Origin: Bdellovibrionales bacterium
GTDB lineage: Bacteria; Bdellovibrionota; Bdellovibrionia; Bdellovibrionales; JAUICD01
DNA length: 64,000 nucleotides
NCBI GenBank assembly: GCA_965262715.1
Contig: OZ253553.1
Span: 992,001-1,056,000, forward strand
Direction: 5' to 3'
Made by a program: the position numbers and the translations under genes. The notes beneath the pieces were generated by a model that had not been told where the DNA came from, made no database searches, and saw only the letters and a program-made list of their open reading frames with translations. Position 1 is the stretch's first letter. Every line of letters starts with the position of its first letter. Below, in pieces: positions 29,781 to 41,096 of the stretch.

Positions 29781-30323
29781 GATCTTCCTCCTGATCTTAT
29801 AGCTTTTTATAGCTAAAATTCAGGAATCTCAAGTGAGTTACTTTATCACTTAACTCTCCAGTTTATGGGGTACAGACCACTCATCACTTGAAATTACAAA
29901 ATAATACAAGATTGAAGCTTAAAAAACACATTCAAATACATAATTAAGATTTAATGTAGAATTTTTGTAGATTATGTGATATAAAGAGCCATAATTTATT
30001 GATTAAAAGTTATTTTAAAAAATATCTATAAATTTTAAAAAAGTTGCGCTTGTAATTTGAATTCACCAATTACAATGATGACTATGTAAAATTTTCAAAA
30101 AAATATATTTTTTTCATACTTTTAATTAATAAAGACTAGAAAGAATTATTTTTACGTAAGTAATATTCTCAATTCCTGTGCCCCTAAAACCTATTTTATC
30201 CAATTGCTGGTAATAATTTACTAAGCTTTTACACTTTTGAAATATATGGAATGCTTTTTGCTACTTCGATGAATATTAAAGTAAATCTATTTATTTTTAT
30301 TAATTCTAATGGAGTAAAAAGAT

Positions 30324-30944
30324 ATGAAAAAATTAAGTATGTTTATAATGACACTTTTTTGTTGTTACGTTCAAATAGAAGCCCTGCAAGCAAATGACCT
30401 TATTGATCTTCTACTTGCTAGTGACGTAGAAAGTAAAATTAAAACTGTTGAAAGTATTCCTGTAGCTGGTTTTGGCCTAAGTAACTATGATATGTCTAGT
30501 CAGATTCAAAGATTACAAAGAGCCATAAGTAGTGAAGAAGTCGTTTTAAATGATAGCAGTGTTGATGCCCTAGCAATAGCTTTGAAGCGTGGTAGATATA
30601 GAGTGGCAAATGCCTTTATAGATTTATTTTTACAAGAAAATATAGATATGGCGAGTTATCAAACAGATGACAAGTTACACGCTATATATCCACAAGGTAC
30701 AAGTTTATCAGAGATTATTGATTGTCGTCTAAAATTTCATAGGAACTACTTAGAGAATAATGAACCTATATATATATATCCACGGCAAAAAGAATTATTA
30801 GAGTCAGCTATTGAATCTTTAATAACAATGCAAACAGAAATATACCTTACAAATATCCCTGCTCCTTCATTAGATCGCTGTGATGAAATATTAAGTACTC
30901 GCACTGCCATTGATAGCTTCTTCGAGTGGATAAATTACAAATGA
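30324..30944 (+). CDS. Hypothetical secreted protein
   Basis: MKK + hydrophobic signal, GGAG RBS; possible sigma-54 box at 30247-30262. Confidence 0.65.
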   Translation: MKKLSMFIMTLFCCYVQIEALQANDLIDLLLASDVESKIKTVESIPVAGFGLSNYDMSSQIQRLQRAISSEEVVLNDSSVDALAIALKRGRYRVANAFIDLFLQENIDMASYQTDDKLHAIYPQGTSLSEIIDCRLKFHRNYLENNEPIYIYPRQKELLESAIESLITMQTEIYLTNIPAPSLDRCDEILSTRTAIDSFFEWINYK

Positions 30945-30988
30945 CCAATAATGTTTAATTGGTATAAACAAGTACTTAACGATAAAAT

Positions 30989-32293
30989 TTAGGAAATAGC
31001 TTTATTCATAGTTTCTTCTATTTCCTTGACTTCCTTTGGTGCTTTTTTAGAAAGCACCTCACAACCATTCTCACAAATTAAAATATCATCCTCAATACGT
31101 ATGCCCAACCCTCTAAGTCCTTCAGGAGCTGACTCATCATTTTCTGTGATATAAAGTCCAGGCTCTATAGTTAAACAGACACCAGGTTCTAAAGATCTTG
31201 GTTGACCATCTTTTTTATAAAGTCCCACATCATGTATATCCATACCTAAAAAATGCCCTACTGAATGTGGATAATATTTTTTGTAAAGCTTTTTTGAAAT
31301 CACTTCATCCAATGAGCCTCCTAGAATATTCCAATCTAATAAGATTTGTGAAAGCCCTTTAATAGCTTCGTTTTGAAGAAGCTCTAAATTCACTCCAGGT
31401 TTGGTTTTTTCGATAAGACCTTTTTGAATACTTAAAATACCTTGGTAAAAATCTCTTTGAACCTCTGTGAAGTGTCCATTGACAGGAAAAGTCCTTGTGA
31501 TATCAGCTGTATAGTAATTCCATTCTGTTCCAGCATCAATAAGCAATAAATCCCCATCTCTACAAATTTGATCATTAGATTGATAATGTAAAGTACAGGC
31601 GGCATTGTTGCCAGAAGCTACTATAGGATAATAACCCCACCTAGGAGATTCTGCTTTTTTAACCGTGTACTCTAAAACAGCTTCAACTTGTCTTTCAGAA
31701 ACACCTGGTTTTGTAAACTTCATAGCGTTGATATGAGCGTCTGCTGAAATCTCACAGGCTTTTCTAAGATAGAATATCTCTTCACCTGTTTTAATAAGCC
31801 TTTGTTCTCCCAATATCTCACAAGGATCAAAAATAGGGGGGAACCCTCTTCCCGATCGACCCTGTTTTTTATTGAGTTTTAAAAGAACGTCTTTTAAAAT
31901 ACAGTCAAAGTTATGCTCTCCTAGTCTGTAATAAATGCGAGAAGCTCCCTCTAAAAAATTAGGTAACTTGCTGTTCATCTGCAAAAGATCATAAGCTTTA
32001 TCTATTGAAAAAGGCTCACAAACGTCTTCTGGACCATAATTAAATCCATCCCATATCTCTTTTTGAGGATCCTTTGGTCTCACAAACATAATGGTTTCAG
32101 GTTTTCTGTCTGGGCGAAAGATAAACACAGCATCTGGGTCCTTAAACCCTGTGAAATAAAAAAAATGACTGTCCTGACGAAATGGGTAAAAAACATCATT
32201 ATTGCGATGTTTTTCATGGGAAGCCTGCAAAATCAAAACACCTTCACCTATTAAATCCTTAAGCTTCTCTCTACGCCTTTTAAACATATCCAT
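30989..32293 (-). CDS. pepP: Xaa-Pro aminopeptidase
   Basis: YPFRQDSHFFYFTG, LHY, DITRT, HSVGHFLGMDIHDVG, TIEPGLY, GIRIEDD. Confidence 0.93.
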   Translation of the reverse strand: MDMFKRRREKLKDLIGEGVLILQASHEKHRNNDVFYPFRQDSHFFYFTGFKDPDAVFIFRPDRKPETIMFVRPKDPQKEIWDGFNYGPEDVCEPFSIDKAYDLLQMNSKLPNFLEGASRIYYRLGEHNFDCILKDVLLKLNKKQGRSGRGFPPIFDPCEILGEQRLIKTGEEIFYLRKACEISADAHINAMKFTKPGVSERQVEAVLEYTVKKAESPRWGYYPIVASGNNAACTLHYQSNDQICRDGDLLLIDAGTEWNYYTADITRTFPVNGHFTEVQRDFYQGILSIQKGLIEKTKPGVNLELLQNEAIKGLSQILLDWNILGGSLDEVISKKLYKKYYPHSVGHFLGMDIHDVGLYKKDGQPRSLEPGVCLTIEPGLYITENDESAPEGLRGLGIRIEDDILICENGCEVLSKKAPKEVKEIEETMNKAIS

Positions 32294-32378
32294 GAAAATC
32301 CCCTATTTTTAGTTTAAATCTGCTTTTAAAATATCAGCTTATCATAAAGACTTCAAAAGTATTTTTTTTAAACTCTCT

Positions 32379-33152
32379 CTATTGCAATGAAAGCTTTGGA
32401 AAAGTCCTTAAAGCATTATATCGAAGTTGATCTTGAAGCTTTATTATATCAACTTGCTTGAGTTGAGCTAAGAATTCTCCTGTATGAATAAGAAAGGATG
32501 GAGTATTTTTTTTGCCTCTATGTGGCATAGGAGTTAAAAAAGGTGAATCTGTCTCGATATGAATGCAGTCAAGAGGCAAAGACAATGCAACTTGTTGCAA
32601 ATCCTTAGCATTTTTAAAAGTGATAATACCGCTAAAAGAAACATCCAATCCTAAATCTAAAGCTTTATTTGCTAAATTCTGCGTACCAGTAAAACAATGA
32701 AGGTCCCCTCTAATTTTTCCTTGAAAATTTTGAAGAATAGCAATGGTATCATCTTCTGCGTCCCTTGTATGAATTTGAACAGGTAACTCAAGAGATTCAG
32801 CTATATTTAATTGTGCCTCAAACACTTTTTTTTGAATATCACGAGAAGAACGTTCATAATAGTAATCTAAGCCAATCTCCCCAATAGCTACCACTTCAAT
32901 TTCTGTAGCACTTTTACAAATAAAGTCTTCTACTTCAGGAGTATATTTATCAGCATCATGAGGATGAATCCCTAATGTACAAGCCACCTTTGGAAAAAAC
33001 TCCTTTGCAATCTCAAGGCTTTTTTTAAGATCATCTGGATGTGTCCCTATAGTGATCATGTTCTGCACATCATTCTGATTTGCATCATCAATGATTTGTT
33101 GAGGTGTCTGATCCATTAAAGGGAAATGACAGTGCATATCAATCCAAGCCAT
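32379..33152 (-). CDS. tatD: TatD-family hydrolase
   Basis: DMHCH, GIHPH, AIGEIGLDY, IHTRDA, HCFTG, ETDSPFL. Confidence 0.93.
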   Translation of the reverse strand: MAWIDMHCHFPLMDQTPQQIIDDANQNDVQNMITIGTHPDDLKKSLEIAKEFFPKVACTLGIHPHDADKYTPEVEDFICKSATEIEVVAIGEIGLDYYYERSSRDIQKKVFEAQLNIAESLELPVQIHTRDAEDDTIAILQNFQGKIRGDLHCFTGTQNLANKALDLGLDVSFSGIITFKNAKDLQQVALSLPLDCIHIETDSPFLTPMPHRGKKNTPSFLIHTGEFLAQLKQVDIIKLQDQLRYNALRTFPKLSLQ

Positions 33153-33288
33153 TAAAAACTCCTTATTTGATTCTCTTAAGTTTTAAGGTAAATATGTCAA
33201 TTTTACAATTATTATCTTGTTATTTCTATAACATATATTATACTTCCTTATACATTAAGTAATTAGAAGCTTTAAGGAGGATTAAATT

Positions 33289-33702
33289 ATGAATTTAAAA
33301 ATAAACATGATGATAATCTGCTTTACAATATTTATAATACCTAGCTTAAGTTTCTCTCAAGATAATAGTAGTACAGAGCCTAACCCTCTTGAAAATACTA
33401 ACAATTGCTTTACTGTTACAAGTTATAATCATCCCAGTTGGGATACCTCTATTATTTGCAATGGGACAAGTTTAACTACTAATGCAGATTTCCATATACA
33501 AGACAGACTAGATAACAGTTTTTTTAATAATAATGATCTCCAGAATCTAACTTTAAGCACAAGTAAAGCTGCTAATTGGCTAAATACAAGAGATTTTATT
33601 TTAATAGGTTGTACTGCCTTTGTGGTACAAGACTCTAAGATTTTAGGAGAAGATCAACTTCAAAGACAACTTCTTTGCACTTATCGCAAGCAAGCACAAT
33701 AA
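33289..33702 (+). CDS. Hypothetical secreted protein
   Basis: AAGGAGG RBS, signal peptide, four Cys in the mature part. Confidence 0.65.
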   Translation: MNLKINMMIICFTIFIIPSLSFSQDNSSTEPNPLENTNNCFTVTSYNHPSWDTSIICNGTSLTTNADFHIQDRLDNSFFNNNDLQNLTLSTSKAANWLNTRDFILIGCTAFVVQDSKILGEDQLQRQLLCTYRKQAQ

Positions 33703-33759
33703 GAATAATAAAAATTATATAATTTTTATTTAAAGTAACTTTGCATCACTTTATAAATT

Positions 33760-33795
33760 GTAACTTCAAATCGTAAGTGCAACTCTTTTGTATTT
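33760..33795 (-). repeat. Solo IS30 terminal-repeat remnant
   Basis: GTAACTTCAAATCGTAAGTGCAACTCTTTTGTATTT closely matches the reverse complement of 61179-61216. Confidence 0.7.
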
Positions 33796-33990
33796 ATAGA
33801 TATTTTTAAAGACGTCTTATTGCTTTTTTACAGCATATACGCTAAACTCCCCATGCTAATAAACTCACAATTTTATATTTAAGGGAGGAAGAAGAGAAAA
33901 AACATCATAATATAAATTAAGGTAACGCATGGTACTTTTATATTACCAAGTATTGGTTTTTCTATTTTTTTGTAAATGGTGATGAGGTAT

Positions 33991-35944
33991 CCTGACTTCG
34001 TCATTTTCGTTTACTTTTGATATTGATAAGTACGTTTTGAGTTCTTAGGAAGCTTATCAATTCGGGATTTTCATTTTTTTTAATTTTTGTTGTTTCTTGT
34101 AGTGTCCCTTGCTATTGACAGAGCTTTTTAATATTGCGATTTTATTTTTATGAGCATGTTTGTCCGCCTTGTAAAAAGACCAAATGACCATGTTTCCGTA
34201 AGGATCGTTGAGAATAAACGGATCAATGGAAAGATGAAACAAAAGAATGTCTGCTGTATAGGCCATACTCATAAGGATAAAGTTAAGGAGATTTCAAGAT
34301 TTCAAAAGATAGGTGAGGAGATGGTTATAAAGATAAAGAATGAAATTAACCCTACTTTTGAAGGTTTGGAGTCAGTACATACACCTCAAAAAAAGAGACA
34401 GAATATTCCTGATAACTTGGTATGTTTAGAAACTTTAAAAGAGAAGGCTCGTGTTCATCAAGGTATAGAAGATGTATTTGGCAAGTCTTTTGAGCAATTA
34501 GAGCTTCATAAGATTATAGGAGATGGTTATAAGACAGGAGAGTTTAATACGCTTTTAAAAGAGATTGTTCTTGCTCGCTTAAGTGATCCATCGAGTAAGA
34601 GAAAAAGTGTTAAAGATATAGAAAGACATCGTTATCAGCAATTTGATTTAAATAAAGTGTATCGGATGATGGATAAGCTGTATAAGAGAGAGGATGAGAT
34701 AAAAGCAAGGATGTTTCGTAGGACATTGAGTTTATTAGAGGAAGAAGTACATGTTTTATTTTTTGATGTGACGACATTATATTTTGAGAGTTTTGATCCG
34801 GATACACTTCGGTTATGTGGTTATAGCAAAGACAATAAGGTGAAAGAGACTCAAGTGGTACTAGCTCTTATGACAAGTGTAGAAGGTCTTCCTGTAGGTT
34901 ATGAGCTTTTCCCGGGTAATACGTATGAAGGTAAGACATTGATCAGAGTTATAGAAAAGATTGAGAAGACATATAGTATTTTAGATGTATCCATAGTAGC
35001 AGATAGGGCGATGTTTACAAGGCAAAACTTACAAGCTCTACATGAGAAGGGGACTAAGTTTATAGTAGCTGCTAAGCTAAAGACAATGTCTAGAGCTATG
35101 AAGTCCCAGATAGTTACAGATGTACAAGAGAGTCGGAGGCAGATGCCTAACAAGTCTTTTTTTAGTAAGAGTTATGAATATGAGAATCAGAGATTAATTA
35201 TAAGTTATAGTAAGGATAGAGCTTATCAAGATGAGAAGAATCGTTTAAATCTTATTGAGAGGCTTAAAAGACAGATGCATGAGGGTAAGATATCTTTATC
35301 GAGTCTTATAAAGAATACAGGAACTAAGAAGTATCTTAAGATTGATAGGAAGAATAAACAAGAAGCAACTTTAAATCAAGAGAAGATAGATGAAGAGGCT
35401 CAATGGGATGGTATTCACGGAGTTATCACTAATCATAAACCAGAGGATTTAAAACCATCAGAGGTCTTAGAAAGATACAAGGGTTTATGGCAGATAGAGA
35501 ATGCTTTTAGAGTTAATAAGCATGACCTTAAGATGCGTCCTATCTACCATTGGACACCGAGAAGAATTAGGGCTCATATTTTAATTTGTTATATAGCATA
35601 TAGTGTACTGACCTTTATTAAATTTCAATTAAAACAGAAGAACATTGATCTTAGCTTCAAGAGACTTAGGGATGAGTTAAAGATTATACAATATAGTATT
35701 GTATTAGATAAGACGACGAACAAGAGATTCATTTTACCTTCAAACATCACAAGTCTTCATAAACAAATTTATGAAGCTCTTAATATCAAATTCACTCAAG
35801 CAAGATTCTTAGGAGAAAAAGAGTTTCTAACAAGTTAAATACAACTATAAAACTCTCTCAAATAAACAAAAGGTGTAGTGACCCCTGAACTACCTAAACT
35901 ATTGTAATCATTACATGACGCATGCGCAATATGACGAAGTCAGG
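33991..35944 (+). mobile_element. IS1634-family element with 84-bp target duplication
   Basis: 14-bp TIR CCTGACTTCGTCAT / ATGACGAAGTCAGG; direct repeat 33907-33990 = 35945-36028. Confidence 0.95.
34150..35838 (+). CDS. IS1634-family transposase
   Basis: FFDVTTLYFE, GYSKD, FPGNTYEG, VADRAM, LWQIENAFR, RPIYHWT. Confidence 0.93.
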   Translation: MSMFVRLVKRPNDHVSVRIVENKRINGKMKQKNVCCIGHTHKDKVKEISRFQKIGEEMVIKIKNEINPTFEGLESVHTPQKKRQNIPDNLVCLETLKEKARVHQGIEDVFGKSFEQLELHKIIGDGYKTGEFNTLLKEIVLARLSDPSSKRKSVKDIERHRYQQFDLNKVYRMMDKLYKREDEIKARMFRRTLSLLEEEVHVLFFDVTTLYFESFDPDTLRLCGYSKDNKVKETQVVLALMTSVEGLPVGYELFPGNTYEGKTLIRVIEKIEKTYSILDVSIVADRAMFTRQNLQALHEKGTKFIVAAKLKTMSRAMKSQIVTDVQESRRQMPNKSFFSKSYEYENQRLIISYSKDRAYQDEKNRLNLIERLKRQMHEGKISLSSLIKNTGTKKYLKIDRKNKQEATLNQEKIDEEAQWDGIHGVITNHKPEDLKPSEVLERYKGLWQIENAFRVNKHDLKMRPIYHWTPRRIRAHILICYIAYSVLTFIKFQLKQKNIDLSFKRLRDELKIIQYSIVLDKTTNKRFILPSNITSLHKQIYEALNIKFTQARFLGEKEFLTS

Positions 35945-35999
35945 ATAATATAAATTAAGGTAACGCATGGTACTTTTATATTACCAAGTATTGGTTTTT

Positions 36000-38339
36000 C
36001 TATTTTTTTGTAAATGGTGATGAGGTATTAATCTGAGACTTAAAAGTATCAGGATCAGTTGTTGGAAATTTGCATCTACCTTGGTCGCAAACATAAGCTG
36101 TTGGTTTCTTTTTTCTGGCATATTTTTTATATACCAATGGAATTACTTTTAAATGCTCTTCTTGCATTTTTCCTTCGCTTATAAAAGACATTATTCGATT
36201 GGGAAGAAATGTTTCTCTCAATACTTCAAGAAGAGAGGAATTTGATATTTCACTTTCTTCAGGAAAAACAATAATAATTTCTTTGGATCTATCAAGATAA
36301 AAGTCCAATGCTAAAAGCATTTCTGAAAGAGCTATCGGATTTTGTTTAAGTATATTTGAGAATGCTTTAAAACCACTAACTGATCTTTTTCTATATGAAT
36401 CTGAGCTTGTAAATTTGTGTAACCTTAAAAGGTTCATGATTTGAACGCTATTGCCTGAAGGTTCAGCTCCGTCATAAGCAGGTTTTTCTCTGGCTAGTAA
36501 CTTTTCATGGTCACTACTGGTCATAAAGAAGCCACCATTTTTTTTATCTTCATAGTATTTTTCAAGAGTTTGATCTAAAGAGATAGCTTCTTTTAGCCAT
36601 TTAATTTCATTTGTGGCTTCATAAAGATCCATCAATCCTGCAATCAAAAAAGCATAATCATCCAAGTAGGCTCTGAGTTTAGCCTGACCATCTTTAAAGC
36701 TACGATAAAGTCTTTTCTCTTTCATTAGATTATTTAAGATAAAAGTGGCTGCTTTTTGAGCTACCTTTTTATATTTGGGTTCATTATAGACAAATGAAGC
36801 GTTAGCAAAAGCAGAAATCGCTAGTCCATTCCATGCAGTCAGTATTTTCTCATCACGAATAACAGGTGGTCTTTTTTCTCTTTCTTGATAAAGTTTTTCT
36901 CTGGCCTGATCAATAATATTTTGCGCTTCTTTTTCAGCTAATTCATTAAGCTTGGCAACAGTCTTTAGAGGTTTAGAAATATTGAGGATTGTCCTGCCTT
37001 CTTCAAAATTACCCTTAGAAGTGATTCCGTAGTAACTCTTAATAAGACTTGCTTCTTTTTTAGAAAGTGTTTGGTCTATTTCATGAGGAGTCCAAGTAAA
37101 ATAGTAACCTTCTTCTCGATGTCCTTTTGGACCAATGCTATCAGCATCAGTTGCTGAGTAAAAGCCGCCGTCAGGAGATGTCATATCTCTTAAGATATAA
37201 TCTAATATCTCCTTAGTGACTTTTTTGTACTCTTTATTTCCTGTTGCTTGATAAGCTTCAGTATAAACAGTAGCAAGAAGAGCATTGTCGTAAAGCATTT
37301 TTTCAAAATGGGGAACCAACCAACGGTTATCAGTTGAATAACGATGAAATCCACCGCCTACATGATCATACATTCCACCATTTGCCATTTTAGTAAGAGT
37401 TTTTTCTGCCATTTCTAAATACTTTTTATCTTTTGTTCGCCTGTAATAACGAAGAAATAAATGATTAGGAAAAGAACTTGGAAACTTAGGTTGTCCAGAC
37501 ATTCCTCCGTAAGTTTCATCAAAATTTTCTTTGTAAAAACTTATTGCATTATGAAGAGAAAACTCATCTGGCAAATCTCCAACATTTGAAATTTCTAATC
37601 TTTCACTTACAAACTTAGAAACATCTTTTGCTGAAATAGCAACCTTTTCAGGATCATTATCATACATTTGTTTAAAATTTTTGAGCATTGTAAGAAAGCC
37701 AATTCTTATACCTCTATCACCATCCCTTGCTGGAATATAAGTGGCTCCATAAATAGGCTCTTTATCTGGTGTCAACCAAACTGTCATAGGCCAACCGCCA
37801 TGTCCAGTAATGGCTTGAACAGCAGCCATATAGATAGCGTCTATATCAGGTCTTTCTTCTCGATCAACTTTTATTGCAATATAATTTTGATTGATAAATT
37901 TGGCAATCTCTTTATCCTCAAATGATTCTTCTTCCATAACATGGCACCAATGACAGGTAGAGTAACCAATACTTAATAAGATAGGGCGATTTAACTCCTT
38001 TGCATTTTTAAAGGCTTCTTCTCCCCAAGAATACCAATTGACTGGATTATGAGCATGTTGCAACAGATAAGGACTGGTCTCAAGAAAAAGCCTATTGGTA
38101 AATTCTGCCCATCCTTTTTTATCGAGGTGTTTGGTTCGAGGTTTATAATTAGCCCCTCGCTTTTTTCGCATCTCTTTAAATTTATTTTGTAGTTTTTCAT
38201 CCAACATGCCCACTCCTGGAAACGAACCTTTTATTTTTTTAGAAGAAAGGGATTTATCAAATTCATTTCCAACACCTGCCTTACTGCAGCCGCTTAAAAT
38301 GATCAAAAAACAACAAAAAAATATATTTATTGATCTCAA
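36000..38339 (-). CDS. Thioredoxin-domain protein (YyaL/SPATA20-like) with lipoprotein-like signal
   Basis: [45 protein letters not shown] lipobox. Confidence 0.92.
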   Translation of the reverse strand: MRSINIFFCCFLIILSGCSKAGVGNEFDKSLSSKKIKGSFPGVGMLDEKLQNKFKEMRKKRGANYKPRTKHLDKKGWAEFTNRLFLETSPYLLQHAHNPVNWYSWGEEAFKNAKELNRPILLSIGYSTCHWCHVMEEESFEDKEIAKFINQNYIAIKVDREERPDIDAIYMAAVQAITGHGGWPMTVWLTPDKEPIYGATYIPARDGDRGIRIGFLTMLKNFKQMYDNDPEKVAISAKDVSKFVSERLEISNVGDLPDEFSLHNAISFYKENFDETYGGMSGQPKFPSSFPNHLFLRYYRRTKDKKYLEMAEKTLTKMANGGMYDHVGGGFHRYSTDNRWLVPHFEKMLYDNALLATVYTEAYQATGNKEYKKVTKEILDYILRDMTSPDGGFYSATDADSIGPKGHREEGYYFTWTPHEIDQTLSKKEASLIKSYYGITSKGNFEEGRTILNISKPLKTVAKLNELAEKEAQNIIDQAREKLYQEREKRPPVIRDEKILTAWNGLAISAFANASFVYNEPKYKKVAQKAATFILNNLMKEKRLYRSFKDGQAKLRAYLDDYAFLIAGLMDLYEATNEIKWLKEAISLDQTLEKYYEDKKNGGFFMTSSDHEKLLAREKPAYDGAEPSGNSVQIMNLLRLHKFTSSDSYRKRSVSGFKAFSNILKQNPIALSEMLLALDFYLDRSKEIIIVFPEESEISNSSLLEVLRETFLPNRIMSFISEGKMQEEHLKVIPLVYKKYARKKKPTAYVCDQGRCKFPTTDPDTFKSQINTSSPFTKK

Positions 38340-38571
38340 TACGACTACCTCTTCCCCTTCTTAATAATTATTTATATTAGAAGCTATGTAAACAAGTTTA
38401 TCTGAATACTAGATGCTGTTGCTATTTTATAAAGCCTAGAAATAAAGCTCTTTGATAAAAATTGTGTGATTATCTGTTGAAAATATATGTATTTTTTAAA
38501 ACAAAAGAAAATAGGTGGCTTATAATAAGTGTGTTACCTCATAATAAAATGTTAAACTGGTAAAATCAGAC

Positions 38572-38919
38572 ATGACAGAATATGCTTTTCCAACCAATGT
38601 AAATGGCATATTATCCACATTTGCTATACCAATACTCGATGATTACGATAAGGTCATTCAGCGAGCAGCTGAAGCTCTGTGTCATGAAGGACATCTTGCG
38701 ATCTTAGACATGAAGAAGCCAAAAGGATGGCCAGAATGGGTAGTGCGAATCCTGGCATCCTTTCTTGGACGTATGTTTGGTGGTTTAACTTTACTAGACT
38801 GTCTAGACTATGCTGAACGAACACCTTGGGAATCAATAAATAAGTATATGGACAAAGTGACATATAAAGAGTTTTACGCAGGTGCTTTATATGTCTGTGT
38901 CGGACAACGACGCAAATAA
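38572..38919 (+). pseudogene. Probable C-terminal fragment of a class I SAM methyltransferase
   Basis: GILSTFAI...L..EGHLAILD resembles the latter half of UbiE-like methyltransferases; GxGxG motif absent. Confidence 0.45.
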
Positions 38920-39138
38920 AACAGGTTTTGATTCAATTTCATTTTTAAAAATAATGTACATATAAATGTACATATATAAGATATAGGTTGTCTGTTTTTT
39001 CACTTGCCCGATTGCCAGATTTCCGGTCTCCCGGACTTCTAGATTCCAGAAATAGCCATCAAGTAAGGTTTAATTTAGATAGATCAATAAACAACAGATA
39101 TCTTAAAATTATAAAAGTTGCGTAAGATGAGTTAATAT

Positions 39139-40167
39139 CTAAGTGTTTTGATTTATCTCCAATCTATGTTGAGAGGTTTTTAACACAAGCTCTTCAAAAA
39201 GTAATGTTCTATCTACATAACGTTCTATCTGTTTTGACATCTGTAAGACGTACTCTGAAAGATCAAGCAACTCCTGCTCTGGGACATCTGCAAACTGTGC
39301 AAACAAAGGCTTTAAATCTATATGGATCAAATTCTCAGATCCTAATTTTAATAACAACATATCTCTTAAAAATTGCCCTATATAAGTTGTGATCCATAAA
39401 GCCTCCATGCGATCTGTTGATTGCTTTTGTTCTTTGATTTTTAAAAAAGCAGGAGATACTTTTGATTGAAATAAATTTTTAAAAATCTCTAATGCATATT
39501 CCCTTAAATAAGCATTTTCTAAAAGCTGCTTAAGAAGATCTGATCGGCCTTGGCAAGACTTTAACATCCAATCTGGTACATCCTCCTTCTGCCATATTTT
39601 TTTTAAGTCTTCTTGAGATAAAGTAGAAAAAGCCATGCTTTGGAAACGGCTATTTAAAGTAGGCAAAATACTACCCCTAGTGTTTATTGTAAAAATAAAA
39701 TAAGTTTTACTTGTGTTATCAACCGTAGATTCACTGGCAGGAGGTTCTTCTAACGTTTTTAAAAGAGCATTAGAGGCTTGATGATTTAAACATTGGGCGT
39801 CCTCGACTATAACAATTTTAGCTTTTCCTAAAGCTTGAAAGTGTAAAAAATTAATAATTCTTCTTGCTTGTTCTACTCCAATTATATTTTTTTCAGGCTG
39901 AATGTAACATAAGCTCTCGCTTTGTTTTTGAGAAGTTCTAAGACAAGGACCACAACTGCCACAAGCATGAAAATTGGAATAAGAAGATGGCTTTTCACAG
40001 AGAATAATCTGGGCAAGTGCTAATGCTATTTGAGATTTTCCTATTCCACAAGGACCAATAAATAAAAGATTTTGTGGTAAAAGATTTCTCTCAAGTAAAT
40101 CTCCTAAACGAGTTTTGATTGACTGGTGACCTTGAATGCTATCTATAAGGTATTTCATTTTTTTCAC
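39139..40167 (-). CDS. holB: DNA polymerase III delta-prime subunit
   Basis: LLFIGPCGIGK, CG.CGPC, ASNALLKTLEEPP, ILPTLNSR; follows tmk. Confidence 0.92.
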   Translation of the reverse strand: MKKMKYLIDSIQGHQSIKTRLGDLLERNLLPQNLLFIGPCGIGKSQIALALAQIILCEKPSSYSNFHACGSCGPCLRTSQKQSESLCYIQPEKNIIGVEQARRIINFLHFQALGKAKIVIVEDAQCLNHQASNALLKTLEEPPASESTVDNTSKTYFIFTINTRGSILPTLNSRFQSMAFSTLSQEDLKKIWQKEDVPDWMLKSCQGRSDLLKQLLENAYLREYALEIFKNLFQSKVSPAFLKIKEQKQSTDRMEALWITTYIGQFLRDMLLLKLGSENLIHIDLKPLFAQFADVPEQELLDLSEYVLQMSKQIERYVDRTLLFEELVLKTSQHRLEINQNT

Positions 40168-40808
40168 TCTTTAAGCCATTTTTCTTTTATAAGTCTTTTT
40201 ATAAGTATCTCTTTTAGTTTGGATGGACTTTGAGTGGCATCTAGTACAAGCCATTTCTTTTGCTCTCTATGAATTTCATCTAAATAGGCTTCTCTTACAT
40301 CTTTATAAAACTGCCTGTCTTCCATTTCAAAGCGATCTGGCCCCACTCCATTTTGCTGATGACGATTATGGCATCTTTTCTGAACCTCATCTACAGGTAA
40401 ATCTAAAAATATAGCTAGATCACAACACAAATCGCCTGTTGCAAAGCTATTAAGCCATTTTACATCTGAAAGTTTTAAGTCTCTCCCACCCACCTGGAAA
40501 GCGATAGAACTAAATGTGAAACGATCACAAAGAACCCATCCTTTTTTACTTAAAAAAGGTTTGATGGTTTGTTCTACATGTTGGGCTCTGATGGCTTCAT
40601 ATAGTAAAAGCTCTGCCTTAGGAATTGGTATCTCTGATTTATTGCTTTTTTGAATCAACAGAGTTCTCAGTTTATTACCTAAAGGGCTTCCTCCAGGCTC
40701 TCTTGTCACTAAATAATTAATGTCTTGGGATGATAACTCAGAGGAAAGCCCTTCAATCAAAGTGCTTTTACCTGATCCATCAAGTCCTTCAAAAACTAAA
40801 AATGCCAT
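40164..40808 (-). CDS. tmk: Thymidylate kinase
   Basis: FEGLDGSGKST, TREPGG, LCDRF, DRFE. Confidence 0.96.
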   Translation of the reverse strand: MAFLVFEGLDGSGKSTLIEGLSSELSSQDINYLVTREPGGSPLGNKLRTLLIQKSNKSEIPIPKAELLLYEAIRAQHVEQTIKPFLSKKGWVLCDRFTFSSIAFQVGGRDLKLSDVKWLNSFATGDLCCDLAIFLDLPVDEVQKRCHNRHQQNGVGPDRFEMEDRQFYKDVREAYLDEIHREQKKWLVLDATQSPSKLKEILIKRLIKEKWLKE

Positions 40809-41096
40809 ATTACACTTTCTAACCTATTTAAATAGTTGGGGTCATCCATAAAATAATGTGTCAATAACAACTCTCACCATTAAAAAAAAGTTCATAACTA
40901 TTTAAGCGTTCCTTATTCTGGGATCTGGCAATCCGGGAATCAGGCAAACAGGTCTGGACCTGTTTATTAGACTGCCCGATTACCAAAGTCCCTTGTAGCA
41001 CAATAAGGAATGACTTCATGTATTTTTTATTCATTTATTACTTGTAGAAATACTTAAATATATAAAGAATAAGCTTAACTGATAAGGCCATTTCTT

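Larger units (their letters stand above)
28563..29879 (-). mobile_element. IS3-family element (copy 1)
   Basis: TG..CA ends TGAGGTGTACCC / GGGGTACAGACCA; orfA+orfB; second copy at 54779-56095. Confidence 0.93.

Noticed and set aside
8472..30000. Integrative island at tRNA-Thr
   Set aside because: The accessory region lies at the tRNA 5' side; no integrase and no duplicated tRNA 3' end seen
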